Shown here in pieces: positions 21,261 through 38,190 of a stretch of 64,000 nucleotides of DNA. A model generated the notes under the pieces. That model was not told the origin of the DNA and did not search any database. It worked only from the letters and a program-made list of their open reading frames with translations. How positions within the stretch are numbered: the stretch's first letter is position 1; every line of letters starts with the position of its first letter. This DNA is from an uncultured bacterium. GTDB lineage: Bacteria; Krumholzibacteriota; Krumholzibacteriia; LZORAL124-64-63. The stretch covers positions 544,001 through 608,000 of the forward strand of contig CAVSGO010000005.1 in NCBI GenBank assembly GCA_963727525.1. Direction: 5' to 3'. The position numbers and the translations under genes were made by a program.

Positions 21261-23342
21261 CTACGCGCCCACGTACAGCCGCGTGATATTCGCGGCGATC
21301 TTATCCGGCACGCGTTCATAGCGCGCCAGCTGCATGGTGTACACGCCCCGCCCCTGGGTCAACGACCGGAGCTGGGTGGCGTACCCGAACATCTCGATGA
21401 GCGGCACTTCTGCCTGGACGGTGCGATCCTCGCGGATCCGCTCCATGCCGGTGATCTTGCCCCTCTTGGCATTGAGGTGACCCGTGACCTCGCCCAGATA
21501 GGACTCCGGCACGACCACCTCGACATGCATGACCGGCTCGAGCAGAACCGGCCCGGCGTCGCGCGCGCCGTTCCAGAAAGCTTCGCTGGCGGCATACGCG
21601 AAATCCGCCGCCATCGACTCACCCTCGGCCTGCGCCGCACCCAGGACCGTGATCTGCAGATCCACGAGAGCGTATCCCGCCAGAATCCCGGTCTCGGCCG
21701 CTTGTCGGGCGCCGCCCTCGATCGCAGCCACGAACTCGGCCGGCAGGGCGTCCGGTCCGAGCTTGTTCGTGAAGCCCACACCAGTACCGTATTCGCCCGG
21801 CGCCAGCCCCAGCTTCACTTTGGCGTAGTTGCCGCGCCCCACGAGCTCCCGCCTGTGCTCGAACTCGTACTCCACAGCCTTGGTGATGGTCTCGCGGAAA
21901 GCCACCTGGGGCCGCCCCACGTTGCAGGCCACCTTGAATTCGCGCTGCAGGCGATCGGCGATGATCTCCAGATGCAGCTCGCCCATGCCCCAGATCACGG
22001 TCTGCCCGCTGTCGGGATCGATCTTCACCTGGAAGGTGGGATCCTCGTAGCTGAGCGCCTGCAGGGCATCGCCGAGCTTGTCACCGTCGGCCTTGGTGCG
22101 CGGCTCGATGGCCACGTAGATCACCGGCTCGGGGAATGTCATCGCCTCGAGCAGGATCGGCGCCTCCAGGTCCGACAACGTCGAGCCCGTACGCAGTTCC
22201 TTCGGCCCGACGAGCGCCACGATGTCGCCGGTGCGGGCCTCGGGCAGCTCCTCGCGCTTGTCGGCGTGCATGCGGAAGAGCTTCTGCACGCGCTCGCGCT
22301 TGCCGGTGGTCACGTTCAGGGCCACCTTGCCGGCCTCGAGCGAGCCGCTGTACACGCGGGCGAAGGCCAGCGTGCCGGCGTGCTGGTCGGTGACCAGCTT
22401 GAAGACGAGCGCGCTCAGCGGCGCGTCATCATCGGGATCGCGGCTGATGGCCTCGCCGGTGCGGGGATCGGTACCCTTCACGGCCGGACGGTCGAGCGGC
22501 GACGGCAGGAAATCCACCACGCCGTCGAGCAGACGTTGCACGCCCTTGTTCTTGAGGGCCGAGCCGCAGAACACCGGCACGAGTTCGTCGCGCAGGGTGC
22601 CCAGGCGCAGAGCCGCCCGGAGCTGATCGACGCTGGGCTCCTGCTCGGCGACGAACAGTTCCATGACGCTCTCGTCGATCTCCGCGGCGGCCTCCACCAG
22701 TGCCGCGCGGGCCCGGGCCACCTCGTCGCTCATCTCGGCCGGCACAGGGACCTCGTCCCACGTGGCGCCCAGGTCCTCGTCGTGGGAGACGAAGGCGCGC
22801 ATCTCGATGAGGTCCACCACACCGCGGTACGCGTCCTCGGCACCGATAGGCAGTACCACGGGCACCGGCCGCGCGTGCAGGCGATCCTTCATCATCTGCA
22901 CCACGCGCCAGAAGTCGGCGCCCAGGCGATCCATCTTGTTGACGAAAGCGAGGCGCGGCACGCTGTACTTGTCGGCCTGTTTCCACACGGTCTCGCTCTG
23001 CGGCTCCACGCCGCCGACACCGCAGAACACCGCCACAGCCCCATCCAGGACGCGCAAGCTGCGTTCGACTTCGACCGTGAAGTCCACGTGCCCCGGCGTG
23101 TCGATCAGGTTGATCCAGTGATCGCGCCATTGGGTCGTCGTGGCGGCCGAGGTGATCGTGATGCCGCGCTCCTTCTCCTGCTCCATATAGTCCATCTGGG
23201 CGGCGCCGTCATCGACCTCGCCTGGCTTGTGCACACGGCCGGTATAGAACAGGATCCGCTCAGTCGTCGTCGTCTTACCGGCGTCGATATGAGCCATGAT
23301 CCCGATATTCCGGACCCTGGACAGTGCCACCTTGCGACTCAC
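21261..23342 (-). CDS. fusA: Elongation factor G family protein with divergent domain IV
   Basis: [30 protein letters not shown]; lies between rpsG and tuf; GTG start. Confidence 0.95.
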   Translation of the reverse strand: MSRKVALSRVRNIGIMAHIDAGKTTTTERILFYTGRVHKPGEVDDGAAQMDYMEQEKERGITITSAATTTQWRDHWINLIDTPGHVDFTVEVERSLRVLDGAVAVFCGVGGVEPQSETVWKQADKYSVPRLAFVNKMDRLGADFWRVVQMMKDRLHARPVPVVLPIGAEDAYRGVVDLIEMRAFVSHDEDLGATWDEVPVPAEMSDEVARARAALVEAAAEIDESVMELFVAEQEPSVDQLRAALRLGTLRDELVPVFCGSALKNKGVQRLLDGVVDFLPSPLDRPAVKGTDPRTGEAISRDPDDDAPLSALVFKLVTDQHAGTLAFARVYSGSLEAGKVALNVTTGKRERVQKLFRMHADKREELPEARTGDIVALVGPKELRTGSTLSDLEAPILLEAMTFPEPVIYVAIEPRTKADGDKLGDALQALSYEDPTFQVKIDPDSGQTVIWGMGELHLEIIADRLQREFKVACNVGRPQVAFRETITKAVEYEFEHRRELVGRGNYAKVKLGLAPGEYGTGVGFTNKLGPDALPAEFVAAIEGGARQAAETGILAGYALVDLQITVLGAAQAEGESMAADFAYAASEAFWNGARDAGPVLLEPVMHVEVVVPESYLGEVTGHLNAKRGKITGMERIREDRTVQAEVPLIEMFGYATQLRSLTQGRGVYTMQLARYERVPDKIAANITRLYVGA

Positions 23343-23536
23343 GCAAGTCTCCCAGCTGCGCGACGGTGGAAAAACTTCCACCCGCGACAAAATGACGCGC
23401 GCAGGACCATGCCGGTCTGCACGACTCCCTTGCCTCTAGCCCCCTCGCATCCGTGCGCGGGTGGCGTGATCAGGCTATTGCGATGTTTCGATCCGTCTGC
23501 TTTGTCCAGCGCTGTAGGAACGAACGAGAGGGACCT

Positions 23537-24007
23537 TTACCAACGGCAGTGGGCGAACGCCTTGTTCGCATCAGCCATGCGGTGGGTATCCTCGCGCTTC
23601 TTGATAGACGGTCCTTCGTTCTTTGCTGCCAGCATGAGCTCGGCCGCGAGCCGTTCCGCAAAGGTGTGCTCGGGCCGGGTTCGCGCGAATCCAATGATCC
23701 ACCGCAGGGCCAGCTGGGTCCGCCGCTCGGGTCGGACTTCCACCGGCACCTGGTAGGTGGCGCCACCGATTCGCCGAGACTTCACCTCGACACCCGGTTT
23801 CACGTTGTTCAGAGCCGAGCGGAAGATATCGATGCCTTCCTGCCCCGTCCTATCCTTGATGAGGTCGAAGGCGCCATAGATCGACCGCTCCGAAGTGCTG
23901 CGCTTGCCATCGAACATGGTATAGTTGATCAGCTTCGTCACCAGCACATCACCGTGACGGGGGTCGGGCGGGAGATTTCGCCTCTCCGGGGAACGACGTC
24001 GCGACAT
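23537..24007 (-). CDS. rpsG: 30S ribosomal protein S7
   Basis: SRRIGGATYQVPVEV; MADANKAFAH. Confidence 0.98.
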   Translation of the reverse strand: MSRRRSPERRNLPPDPRHGDVLVTKLINYTMFDGKRSTSERSIYGAFDLIKDRTGQEGIDIFRSALNNVKPGVEVKSRRIGGATYQVPVEVRPERRTQLALRWIIGFARTRPEHTFAERLAAELMLAAKNEGPSIKKREDTHRMADANKAFAHCRW

Positions 24008-24035
24008 CTGTCCAGCTCCTGCTACTTGCTCGAGA

Positions 24036-24413
24036 CTACTTATTCTTGGGCCGCTTGGCCCCGTACTTCGAACGACCGCGGCGCCGACCGTCCACACCGG
24101 ACGCATCCTGAGTACCGCGGATGATGTGGTATCGCACACCCGGCAGATCCTTCACACGGCCGCCGCGCACGAGCACGATGCTGTGCTCCTGCAGGTTGTG
24201 ACCCTCGCCGGGGATGTAGGCCGTCACCTCGATGCCGTTGGTCAGACGCACGCGTGCGATCTTGCGCAGCGCGGAATTCGGCTTCTTCGGCGTCTGGGTG
24301 TACACGCGGGTGCACACGCCCTTGCGCTGCGGGCACGACTGCAGGGCCGGGCACTTGCTCTTCGTTTCCGGCGCGGTACGGCCCTTGCGGACCAACTGAT
24401 TCAGTGTCGGCAA
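24036..24413 (-). CDS. rpsL: 30S ribosomal protein S12
   Basis: [23 protein letters not shown] start. Confidence 0.99.
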   Translation of the reverse strand: MPTLNQLVRKGRTAPETKSKCPALQSCPQRKGVCTRVYTQTPKKPNSALRKIARVRLTNGIEVTAYIPGEGHNLQEHSIVLVRGGRVKDLPGVRYHIIRGTQDASGVDGRRRGRSKYGAKRPKNK

Positions 24414-24521
24414 GACTCTTGCTCCTGCTCACGCGCCCGCAAACGGGCGGGCGGAAAAACTCGACAGACACGGACAACCGCGGCAGGGCACTTCTCTGGC
24501 CGCTTGCCGCGCAAGGGACGA

Positions 24522-24550
24522 ATGATAGTGAGGCTGGCGGTCTATGTCAA
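24522..24550 (-). promoter_or_regulatory. sigma70-type promoter of the str operon
   Basis: TTGACA-17 nt-TATCAT, about 110 nt upstream of rpsL. Confidence 0.75.
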
Positions 24551-24574
24551 GCACCGCCAGCCCGTTTTCAGTCC

Positions 24575-27500
24575 TTACTCCAGAGCGCTCTCGGCCTCGG
24601 ACTCCAGATCGTACACGCCCGCTTCCTGCTGGACGGCGGACATGGCCTCGAGCTGCTCCACGGCGTCGAGGATATGAATGTCCTCGACCTCGGGATCTTC
24701 CACCGCCAGACCCTTGAACCGGTTCATACCGGTCCCGGCGGCGATGAGGTGCCCCATGATGACGTTCTCCTTCAAGCTCCGCAGCTCGTCGCGCTTGCTG
24801 CGGGTGGCCGCGTCGGTCAGCACCCGGGTCGTTTCCTGGAAACTGGCCGCACTGATGAAGGAATCCGTAGTCAGGCTCGCCTTGGTGATACCCAGCAGGA
24901 GCGGTTCGAAGGTCGCCGGTTCCAGCTCGGGCTCGCCGCGCTCGCGCAGCCTGGTATTCTGCTGCAGGATCTCGAGATTCGCCTCGTCCACGCCCTTCTT
25001 CGGCACCTGCTCGCCCTCGAGGAACGGCGTGTCGCCGGGGTTGAGGATCGCCACTTTCTGCAGCATGCGCGAGACGATGATCTCGATGTGCTTGTCGTTG
25101 ATCTTCACACCCTGCAGCCGGTAGACCTCCTGGATCGCGTTGACCAGATAGGTCTGCACGGCGCCGACACCCTTGATCGCCAGGATGTCCATCGGGTTGA
25201 TCGGACCCTCCGTGAGGCGGTCGCCGGCCACCACCCGCTCACCCTCGTAGGTGCGCACGTGCTTGCCGTGAGGGATCAGGTACTCCTTCTCCACACCGCT
25301 CTCGCCGCGTACCACGATTCGGCGCAGGCCGCGGGTCGTGCCACGGAACTCCACGACGCCGTCCAGTTCGGTGACGGTGGCCGTGTCGCGCGGGCGCCGG
25401 GCCTCGAAGAGCTCGGCCACACGCGGCAGACCGCCCGTGATGTCGCCACTCTGGGCCACCTCGCGCGGGATCTTCACCAGGTGCGTACCGGCCGACACCT
25501 CCTCGCCGTCCTGCACCAGCAGGAAGGCCCCGGTGGGGATGATGTACTCGCCCACCTTGCGGCCGCTCTTGGCAGCCACGATGCGGATGGCGGGGTGGAT
25601 GCCCTTGTCCATGGGCTCGGTGATCACCGGCTGCTTCATCTTCGAGCGTTCGTCGAGCTCCTCGCTCAGGCTGATGCCCGGGATGATGTCGACGTACTCC
25701 ACCACACCGACCTTCTCGCTCAGGATGTAGTCGGCGAACGGGTCCCACTCGAAGATCGGCGCGCCGGCTTCCACCTGTTGATTGGCGCCCGCCAGCACCT
25801 TGGCACCATATGGCAGCGTCATGTGGCTGCGCGTGGTCCCATCGCCCTTCACCAGCGAGATCTCGCCCTTGCGGCCGATCGAGATCATGTCGCCATGATC
25901 GTTCTTGACCAGCTTCACTTCCTTGTTGAACACGATCTTGCCCGCTGCAGCCGCACTCTTGACATTCTGCTCGACAATACGGCTCGCCGTACCACCGATG
26001 TGGAACGTCCGCAGAGTGAGCTGCGTGCCCGGCTCGCCGATCGACTGCGCCGCCATCACGCCCACCGGCTCGCCAATGTCCACCAGCTTGTCCTCGGCCA
26101 GGTTGTAGCCGTAGCACAGGGCGCAGACGCCGCGCTTGCTCTCGCAGGTGAGCACCGAACGCACGGTCACCAGCTCGACGCCCGCATCCTCGATGCGATC
26201 GGCGACCTCCTTGGTGATGAGCTGGCCGGCCTCCACGAGTACGTTGTCGTGCGCGTCGAACACGTCGTCGGCGGAAGAACGGCCGATGATGCGCTCGGAC
26301 AGGCCCTCGATCGTCTTCTCGCCTTCCTTCAGAGCCGACATGTCGATGCCGCGCAGCGTGCTGCAGTCGATCTCGTTGATCACGATATCCTGCGCCACGT
26401 CCACGAGACGGCGCGTCAGGTAACCGGCATCGGCCGTCTTGAGGGCCGTGTCGGCCAGTCCCTTGCGGGCGCCGTGCGTGGAGATGAAGTACTCGAGCAT
26501 CGTCAGACCCTCGCGGAAGTTCGCGATGATCGGCTGCTCGATGATCTCGCCGAAACCGCCCGTGATCTTCTTCTGCGGCTTGGCCATCAGACCGCGCATA
26601 CCCGCGAGCTGCTTGATCTGGTCGGCCGAGCCTCGCGCGCCCGACGCGTTCATCATGTACACCGGATTGAAGCCCTGGTCGTACTGCGCGAGATGGTCGA
26701 ACATGCGGTCGCGCACCTCATTGGTCACCTGCGTCCACTTGTCGATCACCTTGTTGTAGCGCTCGCGGTTGGTGATGATGCCCTTGCGGTGCTGGTCGAC
26801 GATGCCCTCCACCACCCGCTGCGCCTCGGAGATGATATCGAGCTTCTCGGGCGGGATGAGGATGTCGTCGATGCCGATCGAGATGCCGCCCTCGGTCGCA
26901 TGGTGGAAACCCAGTTCCTTGAGCCGGTCGAGGAAATTCATGCACGCCGTGGTGCCCAGGCGGTGGTGCACCTGGCCCACGATCTGCGCCAGCGGCTTCT
27001 TGCCGAGCGGACGGTTCACGAACTCCATGCCCACGGGCAGGATCTGGTTGAACATGAGGCGACCCACGGTGGTCTCCAACATGCCCGTCTCCGGGAACCG
27101 CACCTTGATGCGCGCGTGCTTGGTCACCAGGCCGGCGTCGTACGCCGCCAGCGCGTCGTCCGTGCCGGCGAAGATCTTCCCCTCGCCCCGGTCGCCGGTG
27201 CGGTCGAGCGTGAGGTAGTAGCAGCCGAGCACCATGTCCTGGCTCGGCGTGGCGATGGGCTCGCCGCTCGCCGGCGAGAGGATGTTCAGGGGCGACAGCA
27301 TGAGCAGCCGCGCCTCGAGCTGCGCCTCGTAGCCCAGCGGCACGTGCACGGCCATCTGGTCACCGTCGAAGTCGGCGTTGAACGCCGTACACACCAGCGG
27401 ATGGATGCGGATCGCCTTGCCCTCGATGAGCACCGGTTCGAAAGCCTGGATGCCCAGGCGGTGCAGCGTCGGGGCGCGGTTCAGCAGCACCGGGTGGTCG

Positions 27501-28747
27501 CGAATGATCTCCTCGAGGATGTCCCAGACCTCGGGGCGCTCCTGCTCCACGAGCTTCTTGGCGCTCTTGACGGTCTGGACGTATCCCTTCTCCTCCAGCT
27601 TGCGGATGATGAAGGGCTTGAACAGTTCCAGCGCCATGCTCTTGGGCAGGCCGCACTGGTAGAGCTTGAGCTCCGGTCCCACCACGATCACCGAACGGCC
27701 CGAGTAGTCGACGCGCTTGCCCAGCAGGTTCTGGCGGAAACGCCCCTTCTTGCCCTTGATCATGTCGCTGAGCGACTTCAGCGGCCGGTTGCCCTGCCCC
27801 TTCACCGCGCGCGACCGCCGGCCGTTGTCGAAGAGCGCGTCCACGGCCTCCTGCAGCATCCGCTTCTCGTTGCGCAGGATCACGCCGGGCGCCTTGATCT
27901 CGATGAGCTTCTTCAGGCGGTTGTTGCGATTGATCACGCGCCGATACAGGTCGTTCAGATCGCTCGTGGCGAAGCGCCCGCCATCCAGCGGCACCAGCGG
28001 TCGCAGATCGGGCGGCAGCACGGGCACGCAGTCGAGGATCATCCAGTCCGGCTGATTGTTCGACTGGCGGAACGCGTCCACGACCTTGAGCCGCTTGAGC
28101 TCCGACTTCTTGCGCTGTACCGACGTCTCGGTCTTGATCTTCCCGCGCAGGTCCTGGTCGAGAGCATCGAGGTCGAGACCGGCCAGCAGCGCACGGATCG
28201 CCTCGGCGCCCATGTCCATGGAGCACTCCCAGTCGGGGTGCTCCTCCTTCATCTCCCACCAGTCCTCGTCGCTGATGATGTCGCCGACCTTCATGTCGGT
28301 GTTGCCGGGATCCACGATCACGCTCGACTCGTAGTAGAGCACGCGCTCGAGATCCTTCAGCTTCATGTCCAGCAACTGACCGATGCGGCTGGGCAAGCCC
28401 TTGAAGAACCAGATGTGCGCGATGGGCACGGCCAGTTCGATGTGACCCAGCCGCTCGCGGCGCACCTTGCTCTGCGTCACTTCGACGCCGCACTTGTCGC
28501 AGACGATCCCGCGGAACCGGATGCGCTTGTACTTGCCGCAGTTGCACTCCCAGTCCTTCACGGGACCGAAGATGCGCTCACAGAAGAGCCCGTCCTTCTC
28601 CGGCTTGAAGGTCCGGTAATTGATCGTCTCCGGCTTCGTGACCTCGCCGTAGCTCCACTCCCGGATCTTGTCCGGCGACGCGAGCTGGATCAAGATCGCG
28701 CTGCTGTCCTGATGGCGGGTGTCGTCTCGCTGCCTCAGTCCGAGCAT
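24575..28747 (-). CDS. rpoC: RNA polymerase beta' subunit
   Basis: NADFDGDQM; Zn finger CNCGKY...CDKCG; SI3-type insertion after TLRTFHIGG. Confidence 0.99.
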   Translation of the reverse strand: MLGLRQRDDTRHQDSSAILIQLASPDKIREWSYGEVTKPETINYRTFKPEKDGLFCERIFGPVKDWECNCGKYKRIRFRGIVCDKCGVEVTQSKVRRERLGHIELAVPIAHIWFFKGLPSRIGQLLDMKLKDLERVLYYESSVIVDPGNTDMKVGDIISDEDWWEMKEEHPDWECSMDMGAEAIRALLAGLDLDALDQDLRGKIKTETSVQRKKSELKRLKVVDAFRQSNNQPDWMILDCVPVLPPDLRPLVPLDGGRFATSDLNDLYRRVINRNNRLKKLIEIKAPGVILRNEKRMLQEAVDALFDNGRRSRAVKGQGNRPLKSLSDMIKGKKGRFRQNLLGKRVDYSGRSVIVVGPELKLYQCGLPKSMALELFKPFIIRKLEEKGYVQTVKSAKKLVEQERPEVWDILEEIIRDHPVLLNRAPTLHRLGIQAFEPVLIEGKAIRIHPLVCTAFNADFDGDQMAVHVPLGYEAQLEARLLMLSPLNILSPASGEPIATPSQDMVLGCYYLTLDRTGDRGEGKIFAGTDDALAAYDAGLVTKHARIKVRFPETGMLETTVGRLMFNQILPVGMEFVNRPLGKKPLAQIVGQVHHRLGTTACMNFLDRLKELGFHHATEGGISIGIDDILIPPEKLDIISEAQRVVEGIVDQHRKGIITNRERYNKVIDKWTQVTNEVRDRMFDHLAQYDQGFNPVYMMNASGARGSADQIKQLAGMRGLMAKPQKKITGGFGEIIEQPIIANFREGLTMLEYFISTHGARKGLADTALKTADAGYLTRRLVDVAQDIVINEIDCSTLRGIDMSALKEGEKTIEGLSERIIGRSSADDVFDAHDNVLVEAGQLITKEVADRIEDAGVELVTVRSVLTCESKRGVCALCYGYNLAEDKLVDIGEPVGVMAAQSIGEPGTQLTLRTFHIGGTASRIVEQNVKSAAAAGKIVFNKEVKLVKNDHGDMISIGRKGEISLVKGDGTTRSHMTLPYGAKVLAGANQQVEAGAPIFEWDPFADYILSEKVGVVEYVDIIPGISLSEELDERSKMKQPVITEPMDKGIHPAIRIVAAKSGRKVGEYIIPTGAFLLVQDGEEVSAGTHLVKIPREVAQSGDITGGLPRVAELFEARRPRDTATVTELDGVVEFRGTTRGLRRIVVRGESGVEKEYLIPHGKHVRTYEGERVVAGDRLTEGPINPMDILAIKGVGAVQTYLVNAIQEVYRLQGVKINDKHIEIIVSRMLQKVAILNPGDTPFLEGEQVPKKGVDEANLEILQQNTRLRERGEPELEPATFEPLLLGITKASLTTDSFISAASFQETTRVLTDAATRSKRDELRSLKENVIMGHLIAAGTGMNRFKGLAVEDPEVEDIHILDAVEQLEAMSAVQQEAGVYDLESEAESALE

Positions 28748-28796
28748 TGTCTATCCTCCTCGCCGACGCGCTCCACGCAACGTCGGCTGCGGGCGT

Positions 28797-32645
<3,849 letters not shown>

Positions 32646-32782
32646 GTGACCACTTCCTCGCGCGAAGGGGCGTCGAACTTGCGGATCCGGCACCCCGCCA
32701 TCGGTGGCGTCGGCATCCGGAACCGGGACTCCGCAGCCCCGCGTCCGACACGGACGCGGGGCAGCGGCAAACAGCAGGCGGC

Positions 32783-32806
32783 GCGAACGGTTCCCTCACC
32801 GTTCGC
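32783..32806 (-). terminator. Hairpin between rplL and rpoB (possible attenuator or processing site)
   Basis: GCGAACGGT-GAGGGA-ACCGTTCGC, a perfect 9-bp stem just after the rplL stop; no immediate U-tract. Confidence 0.4.
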
Positions 32807-32813
32807 GGCGGAC

Positions 32814-33206
32814 CTACTTCAGGTCGACGATGGCACCGGCTTCCTCGAGCTTGGCCTTGATCTGCTCGGCCTCCGCCTTCGTCACGCCTTCCTTGACGCT
32901 GGTCGGCGCGCTCTCGACCAGATCCTTGGCCTCCTTCAGGCCCAGGCTGGTGATGGCGCGGACCTCCTTGATGACCTGGATCTTCTTGTCACCGATGCCG
33001 GTCAGCACCACGGTGAACTCGTCCTTGACCTCATCCTGCGCTTCGCCACCGGCAGCGGGCGCGGCCATCATGGCCATCGGTGCCGCGGCGCTCACGCCGA
33101 ACTTCTCCTCCATGGCCTTCACCAGGTCGGCGGCCTCGAGGACGGTCATGCTCTCGATGAGATCGAGGACCTTCTGAGCGTTCTCACTCAGGTTGATATC
33201 GGACAT
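32814..33206 (-). CDS. rplL: 50S ribosomal protein L7/L12
   Basis: [21 protein letters not shown]. Confidence 0.98.
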   Translation of the reverse strand: MSDINLSENAQKVLDLIESMTVLEAADLVKAMEEKFGVSAAAPMAMMAAPAAGGEAQDEVKDEFTVVLTGIGDKKIQVIKEVRAITSLGLKEAKDLVESAPTSVKEGVTKAEAEQIKAKLEEAGAIVDLK

Positions 33207-33292
33207 GGTCGGTCTCTCCTGTTTGTCTGGTTCACACGGCGGCTGTACACGAGACGGGCGCCGTTCCTGTCAACTTGCGACGACTCTGCCGG

Positions 33293-33814
33293 TCAGGCAG
33301 CGGCTTTCTGCTTGGCCACTGCGTCGATCGCGCGCGCGAGGGCGGCGGCGACGCCATTGACCGTGACGGCGATCCCGCGCGCCGGCGAATTGATGCTGCC
33401 CATCATCTGGGAGATCAGCTCGTCGCGACTCGGAATCTTCGACAGGACCAGTACGCGGTCGGGACCGATGTACTGACCGTCGACGATGCCGCCCTTGATC
33501 GTGAGCTTATCGTTGTCCTTGGCGAAATCGACGACGAGCTTCGCCGGGTCCACCTGGCTCTGCGACCCCATCACCAGCGCGGTGGGGCCGCTGAGATGAT
33601 CCTTGATCACCGCCAGGCTGGCCTGGTCGGCGGCGATCATCGCGAGCCGGTTCTTCACGACCCGGCACTCGACGTTCTTCGCGCGACACAGCGACCGGAA
33701 AGCCGTCATCTGCAACACCGTCAGCCCGGTGAAGTCCGCCATGATGACGGACTGCGCCGCTTTCAACTGACCGGTGATCGCCTGGACGTCGGCAATCTTA
33801 TCGGGACGTGGCAT
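33293..33814 (-). CDS. rplJ: 50S ribosomal protein L10
   Basis: GLTV..M..FR; VVKNRL; LSGPTA; IPSRDEL. Confidence 0.96.
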   Translation of the reverse strand: MPRPDKIADVQAITGQLKAAQSVIMADFTGLTVLQMTAFRSLCRAKNVECRVVKNRLAMIAADQASLAVIKDHLSGPTALVMGSQSQVDPAKLVVDFAKDNDKLTIKGGIVDGQYIGPDRVLVLSKIPSRDELISQMMGSINSPARGIAVTVNGVAAALARAIDAVAKQKAAA

Positions 33815-33870
33815 GTCGGTCTACCTTCCTTGAACACAACGGACCAGGGCTGAGCGCCCCCGGTTCGCCA

Positions 33871-34560
33871 CTAGGTCAATGATGCGTACTCGATGCGCAC
33901 AGCGGGCGTCATGGTGCCGCTGATGAACATCGACTTCACGTACGCACCCTTCACGGCGGAGGGCTTCACACGCATCAGCTCGTTGTACAGCGAGCGGATA
34001 TTCTCCTCGAGCTGCACGTTCGAGAACGAACGCTTGCCGACCGGTGCGTGGATGATCCCGGCCTTCTCCACCCTGTACTCGATACGACCCGCCTTGGCCT
34101 CCTTGACGGCCTTGGCGATGTCGTTGGTCAGGGTACCGACCTTCGGGTTCGGCATGAGACCGCGCGGGCCGAGGATCTTGCCCAGCTTGCCGAGCTCGCC
34201 CATCATGTCCGGCGTGGCGATGATCACGTCGCAATCAGTCCAGCCGTCCTTGATCTTGGGCAAGTACTCGTCGGCCCCCACCATGTCGGCGCCCGCGTCC
34301 TTGGCCTCTTGCTCCTTGGGCCCGCGCGTGATCACGAGGATCCGCACTTGCCGGCCGGTGCCGTTGGGCAGAACGACGGTGCCGCGAACCATCTGGTCCG
34401 CATGCCGCGGGTTGACGTTGAGGCGAACGGCGCAGTCGACGGTCTCGTCGAACTTCGCCTTGGGGAAGGCCGCCAGTTGCTCGAGCGCCTCGCTCAGCGT
34501 GAATTCCACGTCCTTATCGACCGCGGACCTGGCGTTGCGGTAATTCTTTCCACGTTGCAT
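33871..34560 (-). CDS. rplA: 50S ribosomal protein L1
   Basis: KFDETV; LGPRGLMPNPK. Confidence 0.98.
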   Translation of the reverse strand: MQRGKNYRNARSAVDKDVEFTLSEALEQLAAFPKAKFDETVDCAVRLNVNPRHADQMVRGTVVLPNGTGRQVRILVITRGPKEQEAKDAGADMVGADEYLPKIKDGWTDCDVIIATPDMMGELGKLGKILGPRGLMPNPKVGTLTNDIAKAVKEAKAGRIEYRVEKAGIIHAPVGKRSFSNVQLEENIRSLYNELMRVKPSAVKGAYVKSMFISGTMTPAVRIEYASLT

Positions 34561-34702
34561 CTACGGTGACTCCATACGACCAAGAGGGTTCGATCGGGTC
34601 GGTTCGCGGAACGAACCCGCGACCTACGACCTCCGGCACCCGTCCAGCCCCGATCCGGATTGATCGCGGGCTGCGGCGCCGTGTCTTCTCAGTCCACAGC
34701 CG

Positions 34703-35125
34703 TCACGCGACCTCCAGTCCCATGCTTCTGGCGGTACCGGCGATGATCTTCATCGCCGCATCCAGGGAACCGGCGTTGAGGTCTTCCATCTTCAACTCGG
34801 CGATCTCCTTGATTTGCTCGCGGGTCACCTTGCCGACGACGGTCTTCCCCGGTTCCGCGCTTCCGGACTCGAGGCCAACGGCCTTCTTCAACAGCACCGA
34901 GGCGGGCGGTGTCTTCGTGATGAAACTGAAGCTGCGATCCTGGAACACCGTGATCACAACCGGAATCACCAGACCCATCCGGTCCTTGGTCCGCTCGTTG
35001 AAGGTGTTGCAAAACTCCATGATGTTCACACCATGCTGACCGAGTGCGGGTCCCACCGGAGGGGCGGGGTTGGCCACGCCGGCCTTGATCTGCAACTTGA
35101 TCTGCGTCATGACTTTCTTCGCCAT
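34703..35125 (-). CDS. rplK: 50S ribosomal protein L11
   Basis: [20 protein letters not shown]. Confidence 0.98.
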   Translation of the reverse strand: MAKKVMTQIKLQIKAGVANPAPPVGPALGQHGVNIMEFCNTFNERTKDRMGLVIPVVITVFQDRSFSFITKTPPASVLLKKAVGLESGSAEPGKTVVGKVTREQIKEIAELKMEDLNAGSLDAAMKIIAGTARSMGLEVA

Positions 35126-35320
35126 GAGCATTGTCTCCTTCAATCAGGGTCCTGGCTCCACACCCGGTGGCTGCGATCTGCGGAGAGTCCACCACCCGCA
35201 TCCTGCCGCATCCCGGAGCGTCGCCCCGTCTCTATGAACATCCACCGACGCTGAGAGGTGCGCGGTGGTCGCGACGCCCGGGCCCAGACAAAACCCCGAC
35301 GCCGCCGCACAACGATCGCG

Positions 35321-36112
35321 CTAGACCGCCTTCACTTGCAGGAAGTCCAGCTCGACCGGTGTCTCCTTGCCGAAGATCGAGATCATGACCTTCAGCTTGC
35401 CTTTTTCGTGATTGATCTCGTTGATGACGCCGATCCATTCGCTGAACGGACCGTCCATCACCTGGACGCTTTCGCCCACCTTGTACGGAATCTCGACAGT
35501 CGCCTTGCCCTCCTCGGGCGTGGAGATACGTCCGACGATCCGGTCGACCTCTTCCTGGTCGACAGGTTCCGGACGCTGGGGCGTGCCGCCGATGAAGCCG
35601 GTCACGCCCGGGATGTTGTTGATGAAGTGCTGCGTCTCCGTGGACATCACCATCTCGACGAGGATGTAGCCCGGCAGGAACTTGCGCTTCGACGTGACCC
35701 GCTTGCCGTTCTTCATCTCGGTGATTTCTTGCACCGGCACCAGCACGTCGCCGAAGTGATCCTCCATCCGATTCGACTTGATGGCCATCTCGATGTTGCG
35801 CTTGACCTTGTTCTCGTGGCCGGTGTTCGCGTGGATGGTGTACCAGCGCAGCTTCGAGCGACGCTCGATCTCCGCCTGATCGTCGGCGGTGATACCCAGG
35901 TCGATGGCCGCGAGCAGTTCGGCCTCGGTGGTATCGCCATCGGCGATCGCCGGGGCGTCGCTCGCGTCGGCAGCGTCATGATCGGCTTCGGCAGTATCCG
36001 TGTCGCCGTCGCCATCTTCGGGCAGGTCGAGGAAGAGGGCACCGTCACCATCGGCAGCGGCGCGCGCCTTCTCCTGGTCCGATTCCTGCTTGTCCCTGTC
36101 GTCAGCAACCAT
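35321..36112 (-). CDS. nusG: Transcription termination/antitermination factor NusG with acidic N-terminal extension
   Basis: [29 protein letters not shown]...[13 protein letters not shown] at 36112 after GAGG. Confidence 0.95.
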   Translation of the reverse strand: MVADDRDKQESDQEKARAAADGDGALFLDLPEDGDGDTDTAEADHDAADASDAPAIADGDTTEAELLAAIDLGITADDQAEIERRSKLRWYTIHANTGHENKVKRNIEMAIKSNRMEDHFGDVLVPVQEITEMKNGKRVTSKRKFLPGYILVEMVMSTETQHFINNIPGVTGFIGGTPQRPEPVDQEEVDRIVGRISTPEEGKATVEIPYKVGESVQVMDGPFSEWIGVINEINHEKGKLKVMISIFGKETPVELDFLQVKAV

Positions 36113-36249
36113 GATGACCTCGAGCCGGCGCCGCGGCCTACCGGCTTCATTGCATAAATGCGCCCCGGATGGTGAAGCCGAACACCCCACCTCCAGGGTT
36201 CAAGTTCTTGTCTCGCCAAGACCTGCGCGTCTGACCGCGCCCCCCGACC

Positions 36250-36438
36250 TCAGCCGAGGGTGATGATCTGCTTGACGGCGTAATCCAGGACCTTGTCGAC
36301 GACGAATACGAACACCGTGATCACCGCCACCGTGACGATGACCACCATTGTCGACTCTTTCAGCTCCGCTGCGGTAGGCCAGGAGACACGCTTCATCTCC
36401 TGGGAGGTTTCGCGGAAGTACTGCATCAACTTGTTCAT
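36250..36438 (-). CDS. secE: Preprotein translocase SecE
   Basis: EMKRVSWP plus one TM helix; upstream of nusG. Confidence 0.95.
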   Translation of the reverse strand: MNKLMQYFRETSQEMKRVSWPTAAELKESTMVVIVTVAVITVFVFVVDKVLDYAVKQIITLG

Positions 36439-36471
36439 CAGCTCACCTTCTCACGAACCGCACCGTACTGA

Positions 36472-36547
36472 TGGCAGGGGCGGCAGGTTTCGAACCCGCG
36501 ACCCTCGGTTTTGGAGACCGATGCTCTACCAGCTGAGCTACGCCCCT
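36472..36547 (-). tRNA. tRNA-Trp(CCA)
   Basis: 76-nt cloverleaf AGGGGCG...TCTCCAAAA...GTTCGAAAC...CCA. Confidence 0.97.
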
Positions 36548-36602
36548 GCCTGATTCGACGACTCAGGGCATACGCACGCCGGCGCCGAGCGCCGGCGTCA
36601 CG

Positions 36603-36752
36603 CTACCTGGTTTCCTTGTGCGGCGTATGCGTCCGGCAACGCGGGCAGTACTTCTTGTACTCCACACGGTCCGGATGGAGCCGCTTGTTCTTCTTCGTCG
36701 TGTAGTTCCTCTCCTTGCACTTGTTGCAGGAGAGAATGATCAGATCGCGCAT
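36603..36752 (-). CDS. rpmG: 50S ribosomal protein L33 (Zn-binding form)
   Basis: Translated by hand: [49 protein letters not shown]. Confidence 0.96.
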   Translation of the reverse strand: MRDLIILSCNKCKERNYTTKKNKRLHPDRVEYKKYCPRCRTHTPHKETR

Positions 36753-36784
36753 GACGGGTTCCGCCTTCGACTACTTGGGATCTT

Positions 36785-37978
<1,194 letters not shown>

Positions 37979-38083
37979 CAGCGGCTTCCTCCCGAGTCAA
38001 ATCACTTCACAGCAGTGCGCCGGCTGCACGCGCAGTCCGGCTGCGTCCGTTCTTCCTCACGGCCGTTCCCAACGACTATGGTC

Positions 38084-38159
38084 TGGAGCCCACGAGCAGA
38101 ATCGAACTGCTGACCGCTTGCTTACCATGCAAGTGCTCTACCGGCTGAGCTACGTGGGC
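38084..38159 (-). tRNA. tRNA-Thr(GGT)
   Basis: Cloverleaf; anticodon arm CTTGC-ATGGTAA-GCAAG; encoded CCA. Confidence 0.97.
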
Positions 38160-38190
38160 CCGATCCATTTCTTCGTCACAACAGCCCTGC

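Noticed and set aside
33240-33274. TTGACA between rplJ and rplL
   Set aside because: No acceptable -10 element at 16-18 nt spacing.
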